Shown here: positions 50,335 through 64,000 of the stretch, piece by piece | How positions within the stretch are numbered: position 1 is the first letter of the stretch | Layout of the letters: each line of letters opens with the position of its first letter | Assembly (NCBI GenBank): GCA_002633005.1 | Contig: NMRA01000118.1 | Coordinates: 496,707-560,706, forward strand | Direction of reading: 5' to 3' | Source of the DNA: Phoronis australis | Lineage: Eukaryota > Animalia > Phoronida | Length of the DNA stretch: 64,000 nucleotides | Program-made: the position numbers and the translations under genes | Notes under the pieces: model-generated | Databases searched by the model: none | The model's input: only the letters and a program-made list of their open reading frames with translations | What the model was told of the DNA's origin: nothing

Positions 50335-53300
50335 TCATTTTAATGACTTCTTCTTCGCTTGCCTTCTCAACTGCTCCTGTTCTTGTCTCATATCTTCTAG
50401 ATCTTCTTTCAAGCCTAAGCGTGCACTGTAAACAGATGTTCATTCATCTTAAAATTACAAAAAGTGATCATGAAAGCCAAGCCCGACTATGTAGTATTAA
50501 AAGTGTTTTGTGCAACGAATCGTTCCAGTAAAACTGTGCATATACAAGCAAGTTGTCAAAAACTAACCTCACAAACCGGAGATAACATGGAAGATATCCA
50601 TGAAACTTTACACGCCACTTTTGTAACATCATTATTCATATAAACTTGACATCTTATCTTTTCTTGTGGCAATATTTAGTTATCTCAATTTCATGTCTCA
50701 TTTTTCTTGGAATTGTTAAATATTCATCTTTAACTTTATACCTCAACTTGATCTTACTAGTATTTATCTATATGAACTTTATAAATCATCTTTTCTTAAG
50801 AGTCATCTATTTATCTCAACTGCATACCTCATCTTTTCTTCCTTCATCTGTGTTACAAAGTTGCTTTCCATATCTCTGAGATCATCATCCCTCTCGCAAC
50901 GGTACCTGAAATAACCAAAATAGAACACAGTTGACACAACCACCAGAAGGAACACTACAAGCTGTTACAAACTCGCCTTCTGTCAAAGCAACTAAATTAA
51001 TTTTGGTCACTGGCTGCTGTAAAACTGGTATCAACTTGCTCCGTACTCGGATAAGATGTGACTTCTACGTTGGATATGAACTGACATTTTATTACTACTT
51101 TTAAGTAAAAGGCTATGCTTGGCGCATAAAAAGACCTGGGCTGGGTGGCAAAGCCAACTATTGAGCCTCACCTCAAGCAAAACTGAATTTACACTCTTCC
51201 AAAGCCAAGAATGGTGTTCATTCTGACGGACACAACCACATCTAAGTTGAGAACACAGAAATACACAAGATGGTGTTAAGCAGGGTACAGTGCAAGAATG
51301 GCAACAGAAGAAAGGCACATTGTGCAAAAAAGTTCAGACTTGTCTAATTTTAAGAATTAAACTGATTATGTAGGCTCACACGATCTCATTTCTGAGGATT
51401 TTCAGATATTTATTGTCATTCACCACCAGGTGTCACTGAAGCTTGATCCAATTAACGACAAATCACTACTGTTGCCCTTGGGTGCAGGAACCATTAAAGT
51501 GTAGTGGATTAGATGAGGCAAGGTATTCACAGCAGTCAACAGAGCTTGTTTACACCAAGACAACTCCCTAAGAAACAGCGAAATACATCGCTTTTGTTTA
51601 TACAAAATAGAACTTCAAATTTTTTATCAATGCTCAGTATTTACATAATTTGATGGTATTACGAATGAAAATGTAATATTTGCCAAAAATAGTTAATATT
51701 AATTTTACATTAACCCTAAAGCCACAAACATAAACTAAGGCCCTTGGCCAAACCGTTGTACTATGGTATACGACGACGAGTGTCTAATCCAAGTTCACAC
51801 TTAATGGCCCCTACATTCGACCTACAAACTCGAGTAAAAACCCAAAAACTGACAAGTAGAAGCTCAAGGTTTTGAGTTCAGACTCCAACTTAAGAAGACA
51901 GTTTTAATGCTGGGGTCATTAAGTGCAAAGTAGGATAACGCAGTCATCCATATTGTGCTCAAACAGAATAAGAGTGATCTTGAGTTCGCACAAAAGCAAA
52001 CTAGAAAATATCAACAAAAAATTTCCAGTTTTATTTGCATTTAGAGATTAAGCCCTGGCCTCTAATGGAGTATTTCAAGGCACATGTCATATAACTGAGG
52101 CCATACCTCGTTCTGTCATAGCCAAATATCTCTTTAATATAGCTGGATACATTCTCATCACCATCAGGGCCATCGTCTATGAAATCGGCCATGTCACTAT
52201 CATATTCTTCATCACTATCTATTACCTTGGGACGCTTGGAGGCTGGAAACAGATGAAAGCAAGACTTTAACGTGACCTGGAAGTCAATCTACTCTACGAA
52301 TGTGTCCGAGAGTTATACTTTTTAATATTTAGAAACTTAAGCCAGATTCACAATAACAGAAAACTGAAACCAAGCTAATTAAGAGCTCTAATTGACAATG
52401 TACGTGTTTGCAATACGCATGTAAGTCAAGGGACTTCATTCGCCCCAATCCTTATTCATTAGCGGCACAAATGGCAGATCTTTAAATGCATTGTGGGATG
52501 GTTGTGGTTGACAGCTTGCCAACATCCACTAAAATCATTGAAATCTGGAAGACAATGTATAAATCTGGGTTCCGTTTGGTAGATGTGAGAGTCATTCTTT
52601 TGTTGCTACTTAGTTCCACTAGCACCAAAAGTTATGTAGCAGTGGAACAAAACCTTCATTATGGTGAGCTAAAGACATCAGAATTCCTTTGCTCTCACCG
52701 GATGTTCACAAGCCAACAACCATACTCTGGCACTTCTGGTGCCTTGCTATGTAACAATCTCAAGACTGACGTCCGTGAAAGAAATGTCAAGGTAGATGGG
52801 CAATACTTAATTTTTTTAGCATTTTCAGTTGTAGTCTTTTAGTCATTTGAGTCAAATTCCTTGTTAATATTTTAATTGTACATAATTTTTAATTCTTCTT
52901 AATACACAATTGTGTTACTTATTAAGGGAGATCAGTTGCATTTAATAAATAGGTTTTACCCTGAACAAACATATATGTATGAATCAAAATATTACAACAC
53001 GTTTGAAAAATGACAGCAATGACATAGATAACTGAAATTTGCATAACTACATGTACAGTCTAAGCAGTTTCTGAGTACCCTGCATACAGACCTGGTTTGG
53101 TTGGTTTATTTCTCTGTATTTCACTGTAAATCCTGTCCCATGGTGACTGAGGAGGTGGAGCAGGTTTACTCTTAGTACACACAAGCACATTGTGATTAGT
53201 TTCCACATACTTCGGAGGCTCCTTGGTTTTGTTTTTAGGTTTAGAGTCAGGTTTTGCAGCTGAGTTTGTCCTAGAACTATGGGCCGCATGGGTGGAGGCC

Positions 53301-56300
53301 AATTTCGAATTTTGGAAATGTTTATGAGTGGATGAATTTTCCAGATTAGAATGCGATGGTTTTGATTGCACACTCGCCTCCAGAGGTTTTTTACATGGAA
53401 CACTTGATTCACGATCCCCTGTCTTCTGTTTCTTGGTACCCACACTAACTGCATACTTGCGGTCAGTTTTTGTCTCGACTTTAGGGGTCTCCCTCTTCCC
53501 GTGTTCTCGCTCCCACTCTTCAGTCATTCTCCTCGCCATCTTCTGAAGTTTTCTTGTAGGCGTCTTCTGATAGTACATTTCATCCCTTTCGCGTCGTTTC
53601 CTCCTCAACATTTCTTCTCGATCCTCTTCACTCCCATCACTTTCCTCTCCCGACTCGGCTTTCAACGGTTTGTTCTTGTTTTTCTGTGCCTGTTGCAGAA
53701 GTTGCTCAAAGCTCATTGGTCCAGTGGGTGCACTCTTCTTTCTCTTTATCGGTGCCGCTGAGCTCACTTTGACTGAGCTTAACATCTCGTCGACTTTACG
53801 TGCTTTCGCTTCTTCACGCTGTCTCAATTTCTCAACTGAGTCAATGAACTGTTTATGTTTTCCATTAGCCACTTGTTGCCCCTTGTCTGATGACTTCCTC
53901 ATACTCTCCGGTGGAGGGCCATTGTAAGTTTTTAGGTTGTCTTTTGTTCTGGTGGCCATAGCGTGAGCCTTGGTATTGTGTTTACTCTCCTCGCGTAGTT
54001 TCAGTAGTTCCCTTTTCTTCCTTACCTCCTCTTCAGCTGAAGAACACAACAGAACAATCATAGATCACAAACATACAGACACACTACCTTGCAACTATGG
54101 AAATGGCTACTAACAAATCGAGATAACAGGTGTTGTTTAGAATGACATCATCATACACTTCTGCAATTGAATCTCTCTGGACATTGACTTAAAGATGAAA
54201 GGTAGTTTTGAATGAGTGCCTGAAGCTTAACATTTGCATTGTTGTTAAAAATCCAATTTGACTGCACCCCATCACACAAAACTTGTCATGGGTGAACCTC
54301 CACTGCAAACACATATCATTATGTGTGTAACACCAACTGTCAGAATTGGGATTTAAACAAATCAAGAATGTACCTATTTTGCCAAGACAACTTTTATGGC
54401 ACTACAATCTGAAAAGAAATTACTGTCCTCTGCGTAAAGCACCTCAAACCTTTCACTTTGAATAAGGAACCCAAGTTGTCAAACACGAGTCCCAGACATG
54501 AACCCCTGTTAAAAACACGTGTAGAGCATTACTCTCATTCAGGTTGAAAACGGTTTACAATATCATGGTTATTACCATAATTAGAAGTACACGCTTGTTT
54601 TTTAAAATAAACCATACACACTTTGAGGGAATGCTGTCAGACTCCTTACCAAAATTATTTGTCAGTTAAGTCGAACTTTTGTAGTGCAATAAAATCGCAT
54701 TCACATTTGTCAGAATTTAATGTAACATCATTGTTACCGGTTATCTCTTCCTGCTACTACAAGTAGTAATTTTGAATGACTTTGTGCAGTGAGTCATCAC
54801 AATTTTGACAATGCACATGGGACGACACCTACTGAATTTTTTGAAATTTAGCCAGAATTAAAATGGTTCTGGTCACAAAGAAATATATGTTTAGTAGTGT
54901 TTTTGTGTCTTGGATTTCAGTGCCATCCATTTTACTTTGGAAACTACTGACTAATACTTACCAGTAAAAGAATACTAAATCTGGTTTTTTGGCACATTGC
55001 CAGATATTGAAAATGAATTTCTCATCCAGTTCTGTGAAAAATAATGTTCTGTAACCCTCGACAGCCCTCAAAAGTTTGGGGCAAAATTCTACTAAATAGG
55101 CAAGTGTGACCTACCTAAGGGAGTTACACAACAACTGAAGAGAAAGACCATGTACCAAGAACCATAATATCCAATTTGTGACTCAAAGAGTACGAATCTT
55201 TGCTAGAATTCTGACTTAATCCTCAAGTGGGATGCCAGTGAGTCATTAGCAGGTGCCAAAACAAGGATTGGTTGAAATCACCAAAAAAGGTCTAGCGTTC
55301 ATTTAAGTCATTCATCCTGTTCATGTTTTCCCACTTCTCCAGAAGGTTTAATACTTACAGTGACAACTCACTCTTACAACCACAAGCACCAGCTATATAC
55401 ACCAACCAACAACTGGGCAGAATCACACGCATACTAGGTTAAAACAATGTTTTGTGGTTCTTACCTTTTGCTTTTACCTCAGCCTGCTTCTTCTGCAGGA
55501 AAGATTTGACAGCATCATTGCTGACTTCAGGCCCAGTCTTTTTCTTAACTTTTACCTTAGGTTTTGGAGGCATACGTTTGGGAGGAGCGAACTTGTGCGT
55601 GTCAAAGCCAGTCTTGGATGTCTCAAGCTGCAACCCAAGTATACACACCACATATTTATCACGTGATTGAAGCCAACACCAGCACTTGTGTATATCTTAC
55701 CCATAAGGAGCAATGAAACCTATGTGTAAAGTAGTGACGTAACTTTGGCAGTCTGTGTGCGCTCACAGGCATCCTCAGGTTATTTTCCCCAATACACTAA
55801 AAGGTCTGACACTCGGGACTCAGAATTCCATGGTTCCTTCACTTCAGCTGTTCATATCAAACACAATTCTCAATAAATTTACACAATACGGGGATCCACA
55901 AACCATGATAATTGAGCAATTGTTCTTTCTTCTGATAGCATTTAGAGCATCCTGTACCCAGTGATTTCGTAACAAATTCATGGTCAAAACACAAAATCTT
56001 CCCAAAAAGCCGATGTCTCGCAACTCCTCACTGAGTCAGTTGAAGGTCAATACGGTACGGAATTACCCAAAGGGTTATACTGATGTAAAACGCCAATTGC
56101 AACCATTTTGTAACCTTCTATGATGAACCGGCAATGGGGCTCTCCTTCCGTAACTCAGCGGGTAATTCTGTACCGTCACTTGACATGACTCACGTGACTC
56201 ACTCGCATCAGCTTTTTGGGAAGATTTTTGTGCTTTGACCGCAAATTTATTACGAACTCGTTGGAGCAGGACACTCACAATGATTGCATGAATGGTTTGC

Positions 56301-56805
56301 TGAATTCCTGGTGTGTGTAATTTATAGAGATTTGTGTTTGATATGGACGGAGAAGCTGAGGACGACTGTGGGTGCACTTTCCTCCATAGTTCCACAACAC
56401 ACATTACTTTTCAAGCACCTGTGGTCAGTGTGTACTTGTAAATCTGTTTTTGTTCCGGCCAGATTCAGACTTGTCATGGGACAGAAGAGTGCGTGCTTTA
56501 AAGGTCTGACCTGGACCTGTGAAGCTGATTCAACACACTTTTCAAGACTTCAATCAAACTAGGGGCTGTCTGAGTGAATGTGACTGTGAGCTGTCCAAGT
56601 ATCTCGTCAACACACACCCACAGTCGTACGTATGTATTGTAGGCCTACAACAACAACGGTAGAACAGTTGTGCTTGTGGGAGATCTGTCGTCATCTGTAC
56701 ATATGTTGAATGTGTTATCATCAATTACTCTCAAAATAAGCTTACCTTCTCACTAGAAACTTTGTCCCTTTCAGAAGCCAGATCTAAAAGCCTTTGGAAG
56801 TCCAT
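50335..56805 (-). CDS. SPTY2D1: Protein SPT2 homolog (histone H3/H4 chaperone), ~490 aa
   Basis: Exons 56805-56746 (MDFQRLLDLASE..), 55627-55465, 54036-53092, 52242-52107, 50905-50828, 50425-50335, phase-consistent (1473 nt). Motifs KAHAMATRTKDN, PMSFEQLLQQA and C-terminal SPT2 domain EYDSDMADFIDD..VSSYIKEIFGYDRTRY..DMESNF..QMKEEKMSARLGLKEDLED. The exon-3 donor (gtctgt) is weak. Confidence 0.92.
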
Positions 56806-57689
56806 TTCGTAAAAAAAAATGACCACAAATTGACTAAATTGAATAATTTTACGTTTTTGGTATCGTATTCGTACTTTAGCCTGTTACAGCTGCTAATGAT
56901 GTCACTTCCTTAAACGATAGAGGGCGCTGTCACAGTTACTCTCGTGAATGGAGAATCCGACCAAGGACCTTCACCTACCGCATTACAGCTGCTGATGTCA
57001 CACGTGTCAGTGATGGCGCGTGCTTTGCTACAGGTCACGAGAGTTCACCAACCAGTATCCGTAGACGAAGTGTATTTCTCTGATGGGTAACGAATTTGAG
57101 TGGAAAAGAAATCTTTGTGTCCGACGTTGAATCAACTATTTAATTGTTTTAAAACACTTATTTTTAACATATAACACTTACATTGTAGTGTGAGGCCTAC
57201 GCAATTGCGTATACGCACTCATGAACTCAGCGCGTGGCCGAGCAAGGAAAGTTAAGGGAGTATTACATTGCGTATTTAAGCATAAATTATAGTACATCTA
57301 TGGTATATGTCATTGGTGCGAAAGCGAGAGTTGTAGCCTACTTGAACCTTCGGGAGGTGCCAGAGCACTGACTGTGCCAATTTTGCCGGCCACCACCGTA
57401 ACTGACTGAGCTTTGGAGCACGGCGCTACATATATCCTTCCCATAATTTTGGCAACTCACCAACCCTATTTTTATTGATGTTGAAATCCATGACGACCCA
57501 TACCTATTAACTGTGCTTGAATTATACATGATGATGTTAGGCCTTTATTCTAGTATTTTCGGTCTTCAGTGTCAACTTTTTGACTTGAACCAACAAGGAC
57601 GGCGACATCCCGGGTGCTCCCAACTTGTTCGATTCTATAGCCCAACAACAAGTTGGGAAGTTTACCCCCGTATCTAATATCTTACATGA

Positions 57690-57930
57690 CTGGCATTATT
57701 AATTGTGGTTGGAGGGCCTGCGCTCTTTTGATCGATAATTCACATGAGTGCTCTTGTGACGGAACGTTCGTAACTTTACGCTTATTGTTATTCTTATTTA
57801 GTTGCAAATGTTCAGTTATTCTTATGCTAATGTCTTTGTTGTATCTCAGTGCGCCTTTGTTACGTGGGCATGTGGGCGCGACTGTATGTGTCGGGCACCG
57901 TACTTCGCTAGCGACAGGCTTAGGAGAAGG
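57690..57930 (-). mobile_element. Degraded GIY-YIG endonuclease end of a Penelope-like element
   Basis: ..TCPRNKGALRYNKDISIRITEHL..ELSIKRAQALQPQLI resembles the PLE pattern CP.C..YIG.T.R.L..RI.EH..E.L.IK...P.LN with indels. Confidence 0.45.
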
Positions 57931-60900
57931 GTGTTTCCTTCCTTTGCCTTCATGAAAATTGATCGTTATCATGTGCAATTGAACTGAAACGTATGCCTGA
58001 TGAGATGAAATACACATTTTTGATGTTCAGTGGAGACTTGCTCTGTTACACTCTAATCTCCGAACAACCGTGATCGTATCTAGACTGACTGGGCTGGGCT
58101 GATAAAAATGAAAGTTAAGTGATCTTAAACCCAGCATTTCTGAATTCCTCGTCAAATGCTGATCATGTTCCGTTTTTGAATCAACAGAAAATCGCCCAAC
58201 TACAGAAGTTAAGACAATATATTCTATCCAAACGGACGGAATTTGCTTATAACACTCCGTTTTGAAAAACAAATTCGTTGGTTTCTGGTTTACATGTTTG
58301 TATGGTATCTACAAAAACCGACAAGTTATTAGATGATTTTTGGCAATTAGAAGCTAGTATTTTAAGAACTGATGATGTTCCAGTGAATTTAATTGAAGCC
58401 TAATAATGGAAAAAACTCTATAATCAGATACCCAAAAAGTAAAGTGCACTTAGACGCTCTTCTTGCCTATCTAAAACAACTCGCATACATTGATGAAATT
58501 TGAAAATTCCCAAAAACTTACAATTCAAATGACTTGCTTTTTGACTTCGGTACAAGATTTGTCGTTTATACTCACTAACAGGGGACCAAAAAGGACTTGA
58601 GTCATAAAATCAAGGTTAACGTGTTGCTCATGGATTCGATTGTTGATTTCTGAATTACATGTTTACGTATCTACGAAAATGAGCCGATTGACTGATGATT
58701 TTTTTTACAATTAGAAGCTAATCTTGTAAGAAATGACAATGCTCCAACAAACTTAGTTGCAAGCAGACATTGGGAAAATTCGATATATCATTAGATCCCC
58801 AAATACAGTGTATAAAAGCACACTAAATGATTTGATTTGTCTACCTGAAAGACTGTCTCAAAGACATGTCGGACAGCTCTACAAAGTGCCCTAAAATTTT
58901 CTCACAATTCAGTTGTCAAATGACAATGAACTGTCTATTAACTTAGGAAATAGATTAGTGGGTTTAATGTCACAAACGGTAGATCGAAGAAGTTTAAGTA
59001 CCCGGTACTTAGTTAAATAAAGAAACTTATTGCTCATCAACTGGGAAAGGTTCTCTTTAATTGGACTTCCGTGGATGTTGCTAATTTCCAATAGTCTTGC
59101 GCAATCATTTTTCTTCAAAACTGAATCATTTACTTGCCATTCCTGTGCATACTACACACTCGAAGCATGTCATGACTGACGGACCCATGAAGTGAGTACA
59201 TTTTGGGACAAACTCTGTATCATTTCCCCCTAGCACAAGAAAGTGGACTACCGGCTGTGTTTCATCAAAGGATTTTGAAACGGTCACATAGGCACTCACA
59301 CCAGAGACCTCGGGACCTCACCTTTCCAAAAATGCCTTCAAAGATTGGCCATGATAAAATGAAGTTTTTGTCGAAACTTTATCATAATAAAATGAATCTT
59401 GACCCTAAGAGCCAGCGCAGAGGAATAGGTACTATATAGCTAAGCTGCCTGTGTGTACATAGCCGAGCTGACCAACGACTAGCTCTAGGTCATCGAATCC
59501 ACTGGTGGAACCCAGCTACCCGTCAGTGCGCTGGCCATAGACCCATTCTTACTCTCCGTGAAACATTGCTGGTTCTCGGTTACTCAGATCCTGACGGCTG
59601 CATCCATTATGGCCAGGGAGTCGGTACAAATATGGTGACATCTGGCGGCCGAGGGGGGGGGGTGGCGATAGGAAGAAGGTAGGTTGGCGAGGTCGAATTG
59701 GTTTGTGCCCACCCTCAATAATTTTTACCTTCCTACGGGCCTGAAAACACCAACCCCTATATGTTTTTTGTCTTCTTTTGAATTTTCCAACGCCCAATGT
59801 ATAAGCAATAAAATCGACAAACTTGAAAGAATATATAATGATAGAGTGCCGACGTCGAAAAACCACATACTCCGGCGAAGTGAAAAATTGGCGCCAAAGG
59901 CTGCGTGTTTCAGTTGCAGCAGTAATAATTGACGCTAAATTCAAGCTGCTGCCACCTAGCTTTCCTCTTGGGAGGCAGATGCTGGCCTACTAACTGTTAT
60001 TAAAATAGCTCTGAAATGTATTCCTGATAAATACGTTTAAGATAGCTGATCGATGGACACAAGGGGAGCTGAGATCGTATTTTCAATAAGAACCATATAT
60101 GTTGTTTGTTTACTAATCAACATGTATCATGCATCTATATGCCTGCAATACAATAGACAGTCTCATCGAGTAAGGCAGTGTTTCAAAATTATATTGTAGA
60201 GTCATGACTTGGGTGGAACCCTGTAAGAATTTCTATATAAGCACTTGAAAACATTTATGCAGTTGTTCTGGGGATCTATAACTAAATGATGAACTTTTTA
60301 ATAATTGTTCGCGCCCTTTTTAATAATTGTTCGCGCCCTTGGACAGACCAACGCAAAGTTTCAATTCAACTATTTGTGAATGGTGATACATTCTGTGACT
60401 TAATAGCAACAAGATGTTTAAAATGGGAGCAACCCAAGTCCACAGACGCCAGGCAGCATTCAGTCGCTAATGGCTATTTTGAAATGCACCCAGTAACCAG
60501 CATCATGATCCTTAGCAAGACTTTTGCCAGGAATCGGTTAAAAAACAAATGTAAGGTTGTAGATTCAAAATTCAGCACAATCCAAAAATACAAAATGACA
60601 AGGTGTTTAAAATAAAAGCAATTTATTTTTCCAAAACAAGTCACCTTGCTAACAACATACCCCACAACTGAACCATTTATTTAAACTAACAAGAGTAAAA
60701 TTTGTAAAGTACATTCATTTTGGACAGCACTAATCTTTTATTGACTTACAACAACAAACCTATGTATATCTAAAACATATTCAAAACAGTACACCTAGAA
60801 TACTAGAGTCAACTATCATATAAACTATACAAAATTGCTTGTAAATGAAAAGCACATTTTGGCACTCCCAACTAAAACCATTGGATCCAACAATACAATA

Positions 60901-61370
60901 AATACACTGGCAGGTACTACTGACCAGTAAGCACAGGTTACTGCGACTATGAATTAATTCAATATAAAGATGGTACTTAACTGTTTAAATACCATCCACT
61001 ACAACTCTCTGATTGGTATGTATACAGTATATACCTCGTAGTACTCCTTTTCTGCTAAGCAGGCACCTTGTTTGTGTCCATATTGCTTTGAATAAGTCAC
61101 TGACAACTTTGACAGCATGTAAATACAAGGTATATATATTGCACAAAACGAGATTTATATTTTTATTCAATAAAATCAAAAAAGTTAAAGCAATGAAAAA
61201 TTTCAAGCTACAAGGAAATTCCTCATGACATATATTTGGGGCATCTTATATTAAATAAAACTATGGAATGTGACAATTTTCAGCAAAAAGTGTGTGGAAT
61301 GTTCCCAATCTACTTATTATCAAAAACAGACTGCACTTTAAAAGTAATTGGACAATGTGACCTGGAATTA

Positions 61371-61452
61371 CCCGTCATGACGCAGGGACACAAGTGCAGT
61401 TCCCCCGTCATGATGCAAGGACACAAGTGCAGTTCCCTGTCATGACTGCAAG
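61371..61452. repeat. ~32-bp tandem repeat, ~2.5 copies
   Basis: cccgtcatgacgcagggacacaagtgcagttcc repeated with few changes. Confidence 0.85.
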
Positions 61453-63539
61453 TGCTAGAGGAATTCCAACCCAGATCAGAGTGACTGAAACGACTATAGT
61501 CACAACGGCCGAGTGTAAGAGGAATTGCAACTCAGAGTACTAGCTGAAATGACCTGTCATGACAGGAAACAGAGTTTTGTCAGATTACTGTTGAAGTATA
61601 CTCAAAATCAGATAAAGTAAACCAACACAAATAATAAATTAATATATTGCATAGGACAGGTCACAAATTTTTGCTCAACCAGTTGTCAACGAGTAACAGT
61701 CTCTTGGTACATTAACAAACGTATAATTTCAACAACCTTAATTTGGTCAATATTTGTCAAAACATAGCAAGTCTTTACACATTTCATTAAAATATAAGTT
61801 AAACTCCAATTGAAATTGAAGGATTGCTAACAAAGTGTCGATATAGAGCAAACAAAAATAGCGATGTTGCAATCAGAAATCCAATGACTCCTGAAATCTG
61901 TAAAAGATAGGTTGTACAACACCTTAAGACAAGTAGTTCAGATTTTACTCAGATAAATACATTTTTATGCATATCTGTCACCTCAGTTTTGTTTGAAAAG
62001 CAGCCGATGACAAACTGTTGATGAATAACAAACAGAGGAAAGTCACTCTGGCATGTCACTGACGACTACACGCATTAAAGAATTCAAAGAAAACAAAAAC
62101 ATCACCAATTTAACATACGGTATGGCTGACAAGTGAAATTTCAGTTTGTCATTTTTTGAAAAAAAATAAGTAGCATCAAATAAAGCCAATCTGAAAGGTC
62201 TATGCAGAGATAACTTCAGACAATGTTTCAGAGAAATTGTGGACATTTAAAACAATGGTATGAGCTTCTGAAAAAAGATAAATTTGGCGCAATAGGTGAG
62301 ATTTTACCCTTATGTTAATTTTTGAATGTCACCACACATTTCAAAAATTGACTATAATCATGGTAAATACAAGTTGAATACTATGATAAAGTAGCGCAAT
62401 TTTAGGGCAAGAATAAATATAATTTCTAAAATAAGTTTTCCATGGTCCACGAAATGTGTACAAGGTCCAAAACTGATTTTGAGTGTCCGGAAATTGCGAG
62501 ACTATACTGTACCTTTTCATTGAGTATGTGACCTGTCTTCACTGTAGGTCATCTTAACTCGTTTTCCACTGAAATTTTCTTATTATTGAATGGAATCTGT
62601 GCTATTTGAAAATTAATTTCATATTTCAATTTAAATCTAATTTTCTTCATTTTTTGCCACAACTTTAATAAGTAAAAGTGAGCAGCTTCAACACAATTTT
62701 TTTGACTTATTTTAACAGTTGGTAACAGTAAAAGTCAGACTCGTAAGAATGAAATATTTTACTAACTTAGTAGTCAAGCTCACCTTTATTAACAGTTTAT
62801 ATTCGTTCCAGAACTCAGCCAGACTGACACGGATGGTGGATAGGCTGCACGGGCCGTATGATTCTGAACCCTGTATGTGCTGACACCTATAGGGAAACAC
62901 ATACATTACCAAGTCAACAACATTTTTAAGGATAGTTCGGGACTGGTTTATGGTGCCAGTACTGTAGCGAATACCAAAACAAAAATTACCAGACAGTAAA
63001 GTATCCAAATGAAGTTTAAGTATTTGGTGCCGATCAGTCAATACCTAGAACACTGAAGATGTGCTTGGTTAAATATTTTCATTAATTGTTTTCCGAATCA
63101 GCCATATATGACACAAAAAAAATCATGGGTGAAATCAAGCTCTTTGAGAATGAAAAGCTTTTGGCGCATCTTCAGTTTACAATATTGTGTCGTTGACTGT
63201 CTCATTCTGAATGTTAGCCAAGTACTTTCAAAGATGAAATACAGTTTAGTAAACTTAAACTTACCCTATTTAAGAAAAAATGAACAGAGTGTTTGAATGT
63301 TTGTTTCATTTTCATAGTATGAAGGTAATAATCATTCACTGATCATGCTTAATAACAACTCATAATATGTCTCTCATAGAAATGCAATAACATGTGAATG
63401 GCTGCTAACTCAGCACACGATCCAAAGCCTGGGTGTATATTGCCGACTCCTTTAAAAAGAGAAATGACTTGCATGTTTTTTTTTTGTAAAAATACTTATA
63501 GTTTCGAGTGCATACTGGCATTTTACAAGTAACAGCAAA

Positions 63540-63771
63540 GTTAGTGAGTGCTGCATGTTGCAGTGGGTTATGGTGTCTCAAGTGCCTTGGTACATTGTTA
63601 GTGAGTGCTGCATGTTGCAGTGGGTTATGGTGTCTCAAGTGCCTTGGTACATTGTTAGTGAGTGCTGCATGTTGCAGTGGGTTATGGTGTCTCAAGTGCC
63701 TTGTTACATTGTTAGTGAGTGCTGCATGTTGCAGTGGGTTATGGTGTCTCAAGTGCCTTGTTACATTGTTA
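63540..63771. repeat. 57-bp minisatellite, 4 near-identical copies
   Basis: gttagtgagtgctgcatgttgcagtgggttatggtgtctcaagtgccttg(g/t)tacatt x4. Confidence 0.97.
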
Positions 63772-64000
63772 TTCTTCTGACAATTGATCGGTTTGGGTTT
63801 TATAATAATAGTTGAGTTCCGATTTTTAACAACACGTTGCGTCTTTTAGAACCCTCGAGAACACCCAACTAAATATCACGCTGCACTCTACAAAATAATA
63901 GCCAAAATCAATTTGCAAATATGTTTCAGTGATAGTATTCAATATCAGTATTGAGCAAGTATCGGAATCAAATTGCCAACCTTTGCTAATCAAAAAACAT

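Noticed and set aside
58900-59650. Exon-like minus-strand segments
   Set aside because: Could not be joined into a phase-consistent ORF or matched to any family.
63405-63815. Repetitive ORFs (RHHNPLQHAALTNN and others)
   Set aside because: By-product of a 57-bp repeat open in several frames; no splice or start context supports coding.

Overview
This is AT-rich, intron-containing animal (invertebrate-type) genomic DNA, not prokaryotic; most ORF-track entries are spurious or single exons. Manual splicing (GT-AG, phase-checked) gives five gene models: two tandem secreted SOUL/heme-binding-family paralogs (minus, 14633-17489 and 23044-26081), an orphan ~189-aa gene with a near-perfect RFX X-box upstream (minus, 29487-31529; candidate ciliary gene), a ~690-aa secreted MAM-8xEGF-CUB-CCP protein (plus, 38727-49148) and an SPT2 histone chaperone (minus, 50335-56805). 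There is also an isolated phase-1/1 Ig-domain exon near the left edge. The rest is dense with transposon debris: a Gypsy-type gag remnant, a DD37D Tc1/mariner fossil whose right TIR is split by a long-TIR element with an exact 8-bp TSD and then abuts a Penelope-like fragment, a set of CA..TG non-autonomous elements with 5-bp TSDs, Harbinger-like MITEs, a Helentron-like array, minisatellites and one N gap. I found no system I can call clearly new; the best leads are the X-box orphan gene, the mosaic secreted protein and the 5-bp-TSD element group. All assignments are from motif recognition by eye; no searches were run.
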